From Mytilus californianus (Eukaryota), in assembly GCF_021869535.1 (NCBI RefSeq), contig NW_026262679.1, positions 30,814,001 to 30,878,000 on the forward strand: DNA of 64,000 nucleotides, in the 5' to 3' direction. The position numbers were made by a program, and so were the translations under genes. How positions within the stretch are numbered: position 1 is the stretch's first letter; each line of letters opens with the position of its first letter. The notes under the pieces were generated by a model that saw only the letters and a list, made by a program, of their open reading frames with translations, did no database searches and had not been told where the DNA came from. This document shows positions 53,450 through 63,938 of the stretch, piece after piece.

Positions 53450-53640
53450 CTGGACGCATGTTTACCTCTTCTACCGCAAAGACATGAGGAAGTAAAACCA
53501 TGACTGCTGCCACCAATGCAGCTCTTAAAGGTGTTAAAAAAGGAGCTACCAAAGCGGTGGATCATGTGGTTCATAAAGTAAGTTAAAAAGTTCGAGTCCG
53601 ACGGACAAAAGATGAACGTTGTGTTCTAAAGTATAAATAA
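53450..53640 (+). pseudogene. Ala/Lys-rich amphipathic Maverick ORF fragment (core-protein-like)
   Basis: AGRMFTSSTAKT*GSKTMTAATNAALKGVKKGATKAVDHVVHKV. Confidence 0.35.
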
Positions 53641-55081
53641 ATGGATAATGAATTTTTACAGCAAATCGTTGAGAATACAACACCGCAACATGGGTTATCT
53701 TTCATTATATCTGCTAATAACAACAAAATCGATACCCGGTTCAATCTACCCATTCACTTAAAAGATGGAAAGAGTTATGAAATGACACTGGTGAATCTAG
53801 TTACTTTCTACTCTTTCCCAAATATTCATGCAGGAAACAACACCTTTCGTTATTTTAATTATAATGGTTCCACCTGGTTTAGTATTGCACTGAAAACTGG
53901 TTCTTACTCTATCGAAAACATCAACAACGGGTTACAAAGACATCTGCGACTCAACAAACACCTCACCAAAATTCACATCGGCGACAATCGCAGTACACTG
54001 AAGGCAACACTTACTTAACTAAAACCTATCAAGTAGATTTTAATGCCAACAATAGCTTAAAAAAAAAAGTAAAATCACAAAAATACTGAACTCCGAGGAC
54101 AATTCAATCGGAAAGTCCCTAATCACATGGCAAAATCAAATGACAAAACACATCAAACGAATGGACAACAACTGTCATATTCCTGACTTGGTACAGGCAT
54201 TTTCAAATGTAGAAAATGGTGGATTGAACCTGGTTTTATAGCGCTAAACCTCTCACTTGTACGAGAGTCTCATCAAATTCCGTTATATTTACAACGATGC
54301 GTGAACAAAACAGACATAATAAATAAAATAGTCAAAATATGGGTACAGCAGTCATCACTGTGCTACAATATCAAAACAAACAATCATTTACAAAAAAGCA
54401 CAAAAGCATCTATCAAATTAAAAACCACATTCATTGCTTCGCGTGTCTGACGTCAGAAAATGTAAACGTCACATAAGAAGAAATTTTGTCGTTCAATGTT
54501 TATTCAAAACAATTTTATAATTTCACATGGGGAATGTTGGTATATAGGGTTAAAAAATCCAAAGTTATGTTAGAATTAATTTCAGAAATAGACCGAGATT
54601 TAAAATTGTCCAGAAGTTCTTAAGAATTTTTAAGAATCCACATATGGTTAATACCACTACGCGAGTAAAATAAATTTGTCGTTTGTCGTTCAAAGTATTT
54701 TCAAATTTATAATAGAACAATAACATAATGACATATACAATACAGTGCTGGGTTTCAGCCAAGGAATCTAAACACACTATCGAGCTACAAACGGTTACAC
54801 AGAGGGTGAGACTATATTGTAAACATCATTGGAATCAACAGCATTCACGTCAATAGTGATATCTTCAGTGGTAGCTATGTCAATGGATCACAAAAACCTA
54901 CCATCTATAGTTTTTTTCCAAATGTATTCCCCCTGGTATGAAAATCATCCAAACCCCTAGAAACTTGATCTATTTACCAATCACACTGAAAATCATCAAT
55001 CGTATGAGTACTACTCTAACGGATCAAAACGGAACTCCAATTGATCTGAGAGGTCAACATTGTCATCTTCGTCAGGTATAA
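53641..55081 (+). pseudogene. Minor capsid protein (penton, PX), interrupted at about 54059-54738
   Basis: TRFNLPIHL...YEMTLVNLVTFYSFPNI...NNTFRY...GSYSIENIN...; after the insertion NTVLGF...IVNIIGINSIHVNSDIFSGSYVNG...IYSFFPNV...NLIYLP...TDQNGTPIDLRG. Confidence 0.88.
54059..54738 (+). mobile_element. Interspersed repeat (AATACYGAACTCCGAGG family) inserted in the penton gene
   Basis: Same family at about 25355-25620; penton frame reads NSL|NTVLGF across the insertion. Confidence 0.7.
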
Positions 55082-55099
55082 ACACCTTAAAGGGAGGTG

Positions 55100-55594
55100 T
55101 TGATAGAAGTAATATCAAATCAAAATATAGATAAACTAGTCATGAGATACAATTGGTGTGTTTCAAAGATTGATTCAGATCATGTGATATGGTGTCTCGT
55201 CGATAAGGAGTGTCCATACGATTATCTTACCCTTTAGTCAGGTTGGAAGATTCGTGAGTACAAATTTGGCGATAGTGAGTGTATTGTAACCAAACCCCGT
55301 TTTTGTTCATTTGAATGTTGTTAAGCCTTCATCAAAGACAATTCACATGATTATAAATATGTAAAATCTAAACAGTTGTTAATGGAAATATTTAGAAAGG
55401 TAAATAAAAACGATGAACCTGAAACCTGTTGTTCAACGCGTAGAAGTAAAATAGCAATATTTGGGGGTAATGTTGAGTATTCTGAATTCAAAAACATATT
55501 TAAAGAAAATACTTACTATAAACAACGCGCTGTTGCATTACGCCCTGCTCAGATTATTTATGGTAAGGTGGAAGAGCATATGGATTGGGAATAG
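55100..55594 (+). pseudogene. NCLDV VLTF2 (A1L-family)-like late transcription factor relic
   Basis: One frame with two stops: ...RFCSFECC*AFIKDNSHDYKYVKSKQLLMEIFRKV...RRSKIAIFGGNVEYSEFKNIF...Y...P. Confidence 0.6.
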
Positions 55595-55664
55595 ATAAAC
55601 GTTTTTTTTTTATTATTTTATTAATTAGAATAAATAAAAAGATATTTTCGCTAGATAATAATAA

Positions 55665-56287
55665 ATGAATTATCATACTTATGGTTTTAATTTTGACACA
55701 AGGTCAAGCAAATAAATTACAAAAAGCGGTCAAGACTAGTTGTCCTGATAGTATTTGTTTATCACATGCTAATTAAACGGGGGAAGATAAGATGTTGCTC
55801 ACTCAGCGACAAATACAAGAAATTGACTAGTTGTTAAAAAGTGGTAAAGATGGTATGGTCTTGGAGCTGAGTGTAAAACAGCTCAACCAAACATGCAAAA
55901 ATAAGGTGGATTCTTACCCATGTTTGCCAGTTAAGCTATGATAGCTCTTCCCATGTTAATTAGCAAAGAGTGTACTCCCCGCTTTGGGAGTAGGTGCATT
56001 GAGTGGTTTAGGTAGTGCTGCCATGAGCAAAGCCATTGGGTCTGGTCTCTACCTTAAACGTGGAGGTAATGTGTGCTGTTTAAAGGCTCGAGGTAAAGGT
56101 CTACATCTCACCCCAGGTCAACTTACTTCTACCTATGGGAATGGTCTGTACTTGAAACATGGAAAGCAGTTTTATAACTATTGAACATCGGTATACTACT
56201 GTTGCCTTCATTTATGATGGTAATGAGTTAATTATAGGTCCTAACAGTCCCTTCAAAAACATTCCTCTGTTAGGAATGGTTCTTTAA
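55665..56287 (+). pseudogene. Conserved Maverick core-like protein with GGFL and GxG motifs
   Basis: MNYHTY...TQGQANKL...MLLTQRQI...GGFLPMFA...LGVGALSGLGS...GSGLYL...GKGL...GPNSPFKNIPLLGMVL*. Confidence 0.7.
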
Positions 56288-56300
56288 GTTGTAAAACTAA

Positions 56301-56700
56301 ATGGATGACGTAGACTTAAACAAGCAAACGTATCGAGAAGATAAAATTCGATCCGTGAACACCTACAGAGGAAGAGGTGCTTAAATACACCAAAATTTTA
56401 AAAACATCGCTTGCATTCCTTTTAGTTCACTAGCAGTCCTTTTTTCTAATGAAGGGGTTAATGGTATTCTCCAAACGTATTAATAAAAAACGTAAAAAAC
56501 ATAAAGATACCGTACACCTTATCAGAACTTCTAAATCCAAGATCGAAGTTGCAGTTAGTAAAGCTTTGGATATTGATGACATTAGTGACATAGTGTTTAC
56601 CGGTATTGTTACATACTTAGTCTCTTACTACGATGAAAAACAAACATTACGAAAACCATCACACACAATAATAAAAATATCAGTAATAATTTCCCGATAG
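56301..56700 (+). pseudogene. Conserved small Maverick ORF (YRxDKI...hydrophobic stretch...KKH...VSKALD..IS)
   Basis: MDDVDLNKQTYREDKI...FSKRINKKRKKHKDTVHL...VAVSKALDIDDISD. Confidence 0.6.
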
Positions 56701-56773
56701 AAAATAACGTTACGAAGTATAAACATACTTTAACTACTTTTAATAATGACCGTACTGCGCATGCGTCGTAAGG

Positions 56774-56856
56774 GAAAATGTTCCATCATCATCCACTACA
56801 CAAATCACTCCGCTACCGCTTCGTGATTATGATCCGTTAGATGATGGAACATTTTC
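56774..56856. other. Hairpin with 17-bp perfect arms between convergent Maverick ORFs
   Basis: GAAAATGTTCCATCATC ... GATGATGGAACATTTTC, with an inner AATCAC/GTGATT stem. Confidence 0.7.
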
Positions 56857-56932
56857 ACAAAACACCACTATCAAAATAATTTCTAATCCAGCAAAACACC
56901 GGATCAGAAATTTTTTTTTGTTTTCTTACTGT

Positions 56933-57262
56933 CTAACAAGATCGTATGAGAACTACTCCTGTTTGTTTTTTTTTTTTTTTTTTTACTAACTTTAAAACCC
57001 GTACTTCTCATATAGGCTCCTTTCAAAAGTTCCATTTTTTTGTTTAGGCCACTACAAGCCCATAACTTAATCATTTCCTCTTCGTTTTTTAAAAAAAAAA
57101 TAGTTTTATTTCACCAAACTTACCATCTACTTCTATAACCTCTAAAATTTTGTAAATCACTCCGGTGGGGAGTTCTTTCCATTTTTAAGTTTCTTGATTT
57201 TGCTCCTGTACCTTTTCCTCAAAAGCGTTGTCATTTATAAAATCATCTTGTAAGAAAGCCAT
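56933..57262 (-). pseudogene. Small beta-rich Maverick ORF, possibly an OB-fold ssDNA-binding protein
   Basis: MAFLQDDF...*KWKELPTGVIYKILEVIEVDGKFGEIKL...KLWACSGL...YMRSTGFKVSKK...FSYDLV*; not in the ORF track. Confidence 0.45.
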
Positions 57263-57667
57263 ATTATTATTACTTATACCATCACTTTCTTTTAAAGTGT
57301 TTTTTTTTCTTCACAAATAGACTCTTCGTCTAAATAATTAAACTGTAAAGGAGGACTAGGAGGACTGTTGCGTATTCCAAAGGTAAAACTCATTATTATC
57401 ACTATTTTCTAAAAAGGCATGTTTAATTCTTCCTACAATTATATATTTTACTTATAACAATACTTGCTTTTTTATTTCAATATTTCAAACGTGTTTTTAT
57501 TAAAACAAAATCAAATATTTCATCTCTTACTCCTATTTGAAAATCAATAACTCCTATTTTTTACTTAGTTACTCTTCGTTTACCATCTATCTTCCATTTC
57601 TGAAATTATATGCTGATTTTCTACTTTAAAATTGAAAGTGCGGCTGAATCCCCCTTTTTACACTACG
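57258..57667 (-). repeat. Maverick right TIR
   Basis: Reverse complement of the left TIR, with about a 40-bp insertion and a divergent middle. Confidence 0.85.
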
Positions 57668-57830
57668 CCCAATCAGAAAAGTTTGGATTGTTAAAGGAAA
57701 GAACATCACCCATATACCTACCTGTATGTTGAATAACATGATTAAGCTTCTGTGATCTTCTTGTTTTTGACAAGTGTCTGAAGGATCTCTTATTGAATAC
57801 TTAAATGTTTCCCTGCATTGCTTTCCTTTC
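57668..57830 (-). pseudogene. Penelope-like RT relic, 5' half
   Basis: RYMGDVLSFNNPNFSDW (degenerate RYIDD motif), continuing into VPLLYPPELE at 26633. Confidence 0.8.
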
Positions 57831-58678
57831 ATATAACTATTTTTTACCAAGTATTTTAATTTTACATGGTAAAATGTTCATTTCCTTATATGTATCTTAC
57901 ACAATTACAATGTACGTGTTGTTTATATATTGGTCTGTCTATTTGGTTTTTTTTCGAGGGGGGGGATGAGGAGGAGGAGGGGTTGCATAAAGTGTTGTCT
58001 TTCCTTTGTGGACATGTAACCATCATTGCTCCCTTGTTATCTACGTCCATTTTAAGGACAGACTTTTTATTATTTGGCTTGAAGAAAATATGTTTTCTGC
58101 TAGTTCTCAACAATCCCCTTTTTATCTCGATTAATGGAAAATAAATGTACGTAGGAAATCTAACAATAAATGTATGTTGAGAAAAAACTATTTAATCAAT
58201 CGGTATACCTGACGACAAAGACACAGGAAAAAAATAAAGCATCACTATATAACACCTTATCACAGAATAGCTTATTACTGAAAACAAAAACTGACTGCAA
58301 AGTAAAACAATAACAAACCATAGTCAACCTATTTTTTTAGTCGTAGGAAAAATCTTGTAAGAAATTCCAAGAAACTTCTTACTGTGTTGTACAAATACAG
58401 TTTCATACAGCAGACCTTAAACACCAATTCAAGTATCTACGAAACGACAGTGTTGCCTCAACTCGCAACAATTGTTACAAACGGCAATACAGAAATCCAC
58501 TTTACTCAAGTTTTAAGCTTTTCAAATATGTGTGTTAAAATGAATATGTTTACTGTTATCAATCATACTTGCAGTTGGTAAGCTTTGTATAATTTCTGTT
58601 TATAAGTTTGATTATAGATAATTTCAATTAGACGAACAATGATGTTCTTAAACTTTCAAGTTCTTACTTGGTTTGTAG

Positions 58679-58950
58679 GTCATGACATACTGTATTCCGC
58701 AAAAAATACTGGAAAGCGTCCAAGTGTGAGTTTCGTTAATAAGGTCTACCCAAAGCCAATTATTAAGCATGTTGAATGTATAGACGATTCCCTAAAGGAA
58801 AGTAGATTATTTATGGATATATACAAGGACACATTGACTCCTGCCTCATTATCATTATATTATTACATTGCATATCAGTTTATACAAGAAAACGGCACAT
58901 GCAATACAAGTCAAGAGGGAAAAGAAGATGATCAAAAAATCAAAATACAG
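58679..58950 (+). CDS. TRPM: TRPM-like exon 7
   Basis: Acceptor TTTGTAG in phase 1 matches exon 6; GHDILYSAK...LSLYYYIAYQF...KIKIQ; donor GTAAAC; phase 0. Confidence 0.65.
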
Positions 58951-59444
58951 GTAAACATGAAAGTTTATGTTGCATATGTGTTGTCTGATTCAAATAAAAG
59001 AATGATGGTAATCCCTAACTCTCTCATTCCAAACAGTCAAAGACAGAAATTTAAAATATATTGGAAAAAAAAACCTCTGCTTGAATGTGCTCCCTTTGAG
59101 GTATATACGGTTGCTCGAAATGATACCACTCCACTATAATTCTGCCTTTAGATTTACTTGAATGACAAGGGCTACTACTTATGTAAAAACAAATAAGCAG
59201 ATGTGGTAGTATTGCCAATAGGACAACTATCAACCAAAGAGAAAATGATGTGAATGTGAGCAACTATATGTGACTGTATGGCTTTCAACAAAAAACAAAA
59301 CCTATACCGCCAAGTAAGATATAAAAGGCCGGGACATGACAAAATGAAAACAGTTCAAAAGAGATTTAAGAAGTAAAAACAAAAACACAAATATGACGGA
59401 AAACAAACAACGACGTCCACAGAATTACAAAACCTATACCTGAT

Positions 59445-61050
59445 AATAAAAATGAATATTTTGTCCTACAATATGCAGGACTTTGCAAGAAAAAGTTAAA
59501 AAAAAAGTGAAAATAATTTTCTCGCTAAATAAATGAAAAGTGCTATCAACCCGTGTAAAATGAATATTCTATGAGAAAAAAAACTCCTCCCACTGAAAAT
59601 CAAATGGCCCGCTAAGGCTATTAAATTTAATCGTGTTTTTAACGGAGCAATTTTTGAGTTTTTTGTTATAAAAATAGGAAAATAACTTAATTCATAGAAT
59701 TATTATAATAATATTTATTCAATATATGTAACTTCCTTAGATATTCAAAATAAAATCCACGTTCTTGATATCTAGTTTTATGAACACTTAACCCATACAA
59801 GGCCTACATTGCCTATCGACTGGAGTCAAAACCTGTTTCAAACTACATGTTAACATTGATTTTTATCAATGGGAACGTAATTGAGTTTAGTTTAAGTGTA
59901 GAGTACACTTACATCCCAACTCCTTTGTTCTAACAGGGGTGATCTGAGTCTTACACCACACTGCGAATATCTCAATGTGAACACGGCATTAGTTACTAAT
60001 TACTTTTTACACTTGACTTGTTATGTAAAATATTTAAAACAAGTCATTGAATTATATAATTTGGTGCTGTTTGTAAATTTTACCTTAGACGAATTTAACT
60101 GTGGTATTAAGCCTATTTTATTGAACAAACAATGTTTAGCTCACAAAGTTCTATGTATTGGGTTCCATTATTTATTATATTAAACCTGAAAGAGGTTCTC
60201 CTAGCGACACAGTAGTATCATACGTTGTATCCATTCCATTAGCACGAAAAGGCCGGTAAAAATGGTTGAAGACTATCATTACCTAAGAGTTGTCATGATA
60301 TAGACGTCTGTATGATTTAAATAATACATTTTAGTACTTAATCTGAATTGATTGTATCCTATTTGGATTGAACCGTGAAGGCATATTTTGTTTTATATAG
60401 TATAAAACGTTCAATGTATTTTTCTTCCTTTACAATTTGTCTGAGACGCACTGATATCGGTGTCATGAAGCAATAGTAGAGCTTTCTTACATTTAGACGA
60501 AACATACAAATGAACGTAAAGGGAGCTTGTATAACATTCCCACGATAATACTGAGAGTCTATGGCCGTGTTCCTATTGAGCTAAACTCGGTGTGGTGTAA
60601 CTGTACTCTTCACTTAAACTAAACTCTACGTTCCCATTGATAAAAATCAATGTTTACATGTAGTTTAAACAGGTGTTCACTACACGCAGTCGATTGTCAA
60701 TGTAGGCATTGTGTGGGTTAAGTACTGGTGTTCATAAAACTAGACCTTAAGAACGTGGATTTTATTGTGAATACTTAAGGAAGTTACAAATATTGAAAAA
60801 AAATGATTATAATAATAATATGAATTTAGTTATTTCCCTATTTATATGACAAAAACTCAAAAATCGTTCCGTTAAAAACAGTATTAATAAATTTAATTGG
60901 ACCATTTGATTTTCAGTGGGAGGGGGGGGTTTTGCTGATAGAATATTCATTTTACACTCCGGTTGATAGTACGACTTATTTATTTAGCTCGACAATTATT
61001 TTCACTTTTTGTAAACAACTATTTCTTGCAAAGTCCAAAATATTCATTAT
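59445..61050. repeat. Inverted duplication or foldback: arms of about 470 bp (59445-59915 and 60597-61050) around a spacer of about 680 bp
   Basis: For example CTCCCACTGAAAATCAAATGG / CCATTTGATTTTCAGTGGGAG and ACATTGATTTTTATCAATGGGAACG / CGTTCCCATTGATAAAAATCAATGT. Confidence 0.8.
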
Positions 61051-63821
61051 CTTCATGTCTTGGACAAGGTTATTTTTATTGTTAGTACCATTCCAGACTA
61101 TTCATTTCCAAAATTACACCATGTGTGACTGGGGAATAGAAATATGGTCACTTGGATCTTCTTCCGATCCACCGTAAAACCCTTGCCAAAGTGGGGCGTC
61201 CGTTTTGCTGTGCGGGATGTACATGTACTCAGCCACGTCCGATCAGAATGGGAACATTAAATACGAGAGTGTCAAGATATCTGCACGTTAAGAAACTTTC
61301 CAAAAACTCTTTGAGTGGTCCGTAGTTGGCCTGTTGCAAGGCAAAATGTCTGTCCCTATTCAATATACTCTCAGTTTTCAATGGCAGTCCGAATTGCCTC
61401 GATCTTCATCTTGTATTTATTGTGAATTTGTTCTCGTCCTGACCATGCATGACATATTTGCCACTGGATGTTAATCAATCAACAATCAATCAAACATTTT
61501 AAAAAAAATCCTTTTTGGGTTTTTGTTACGCTGTTTTATCTCGCGTAATCGTGACATCTTTAGAACTCTCAAAGTTTTCCAAATCAATAGAACTATTTGC
61601 TTAAGGTACTGACCGTTCATCTCCGTAGGACAAACCATTTGTTTTATTGATTTGATAGAAAAAGAAAAAAAATTCAATAACATGCAGGATCATTTTTGGT
61701 CTTTAGGGTTTAGGGGGTCCTCTTCAGGACTGGTATCTTGATATGTACCTGTAATTTATCTGTTCTTAACTAAAATATTCTTTAAAAGAGATATTTTTTA
61801 TTGATATATATTAAAACATAAACAAAATATTTTTTTTTTACAATAATTGGTTTTTCATATATATTTTTAAATAGTTTCCCAAGATTTTAAAAGTCGATGT
61901 TATCTAGCACAGTGAAGTAAATTTTATTTTTACTTTGTTTTCATATTTTTTCTCTCTATTTTCCATAATAATGTATTATTGATTACATAACAATGTTGCG
62001 ATCTTGAATAAAAATAAACATTTAATATTCCGAGAGCTATTAAGAATTGATAATAGCTTGAGTCATTAAGCTTATATAAAAGTACCAAACGCTGCTTATT
62101 ATCAAAGATGTAGTTTAAATTTCTTAGTCAACTTGCATTAATTGTCCAAAGCTTAAGTGACAAATCGAGAATATTTGTAGCTCACAATTCACCTAGCTAG
62201 TTACCGCAGTTAAACAACCTATAGTCCAATTTTTTTCCCTTTTTCGTAGTAAAAGTGGACAGATATAGGACTTACTCTTTTATTTGCTTAGACAGCATAC
62301 CAGGAACACTGACTTCGGCTCTTATGATAAACAGACAGAACGACTAAGTAGATATATGGTTCTTCGCACTAGAAGACAACAGCTTTCGGTGACTTTCTAC
62401 GTATATAAAACTTTGTTGTTGCGCATCGTTTTAGATTTGGACATTTAAATGTAACACAAATACAAAAATATATCAAGTAATAGAATAAATTACTATAGTG
62501 AGGTACAGTCAGTGAACATTTCGATTCTTCATGTTATTTTCAATAAAAATTCATTTAAAAAAAATAATCATTTTGAGATTATTTCTTGATAAATATTTAT
62601 GAAATTTTCAGTTTGATTTTGAATTTTTCTTGTTTATTCATGGAATTTTTTGTTGAATAACTTTTTAATTTAGCAATTCAAATACGGATTAAAATAATTA
62701 CGTAACAGTTTCTGGTTATATTTGACCAAAAATATATGAAAAACCAATTATTGTAAAAAAAAAATGGTTTGTAAATGTTTAAATATATATCTTAAAACAC
62801 TATCCCTTTTTAAATATTTTAGTTATGAACTGATATAGGTGAATAACATGTAAACATCAAAATGCCAGTCCTTATGAGGACCCCTTTATCTTTAATGTTG
62901 TTTTAGTCTAATTATCAAATGTTGGAGAAACGTGACTAAAACCGTCCGATACCGTGCTTGTGTTAACCAAGATTACACACATTTCCACGGGAATTGTTCA
63001 AGCATGCTTTTTTTTTAAATGTTTATACCATTAACATTTTTAATGATATGCTTAAAGTATGATAGTCTTAATTAAACCAAATAATTCACAATTATTTTTT
63101 ATTGATTAATGGGTATGCCATCATCCGATTATCAGCATGGATCAGTTAGATTTGCCAGACTAAGATGATTCAATGCATGGAAAAAATTACGAAAAAAAAT
63201 CTGGCAGAAAGAAAAATAGATTTTTTTTCTCAATTATTTAAAGGTTAAATGTGAGCAAAATATAATGCAACACTTGCGACCGCATGAAAGAAATATAAAA
63301 AAGGATACTACCCCCTTCAAAAAAAAAACACCCAACCCAACTGAAAAGTAACTGGTAGTTGCCATAGTATTCCCAAAATGATTTTCATTGTCTATTTTCA
63401 ATTAGTAACATCTTCAGTCATTAATAGATGCACAACTGATTTGATCTCATTCTTAAAACCGTCGTAAATTGGTTACAAATCATCTCATAACTGTGCACCA
63501 ATCAGTAGTGCATTTAGCATTAACAGAAGATGCTAACCCCAGTAAACATGTGTACAACGCAGTGTCAATTTCAAGCGAACAGTGATATAGCAAACTTTTA
63601 ATTTAGATGGTTCAAAACAAAACAGACAAACAAGAAACAAATTGTACTGCAAAAAACCGGAAAACTTAGGTGTTGCGAAAGGTTAAACCGTCTTTGTCTT
63701 AGATGTGCATATAATTTGTTATCGAGTGTGCCTGATAAGGCTCCTGCAGAAACATGATTCATACAAACATTAATCAATTTCATAAGTTTACGAGATTAAC
63801 TTTCATTGTCCTTTTCTATAG

Positions 63822-63938
63822 AACTTCAATATACTTTTAAAAGAAGCAATTGTGGCTGATAGAGATGAGTATGTGTCAGTATTACTAGAAGAAGAGGGTG
63901 TTAGATTCGAGAACAAGCATTTCCCAGATATATACGAG
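63822..63938 (+). CDS. TRPM: TRPM-like exon 8 (MHR4 region); the gene continues beyond the window
   Basis: NFNILLKEAIVADRDEYVSVLLEEEGVRF...IYE matches the TRPM AL..DR..FV.LLLE.G motif. Acceptor TTTTCTATAG; donor GTATTT; 39 codons. Confidence 0.85.

Larger units (their letters stand above)
38650..53450 (+). pseudogene. Conserved Maverick ORF split by the CACTA-like element (38650-38975 plus 53216 to about 53450)
   Basis: Rejoined frame reads LYLHLMTTNKADKIFGLRSEHRKFFIGNSEVMIDGNDLFVDRVRYKGTPGLSELM...DVERYSEI. Confidence 0.75.
26634..57667 (+). mobile_element. Maverick/Polinton (adintovirus-like) endogenous element, decayed; 31 kb including nested insertions, about 11 kb native
   Basis: Starts AGTAGT and ends ACACTACG (last base mutated). 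6-bp TSD CCCAAT at 26628-33 and 57668-73. TIRs present, plus pPolB, protease, integrase, ATPase and penton genes. Confidence 0.95.

Noticed and set aside
58951-59139. 3' part of the 166-aa track ORF as coding
   Set aside because: A donor at 58951 gives the phase needed for exon 63822; the remainder is likely intron read-through.
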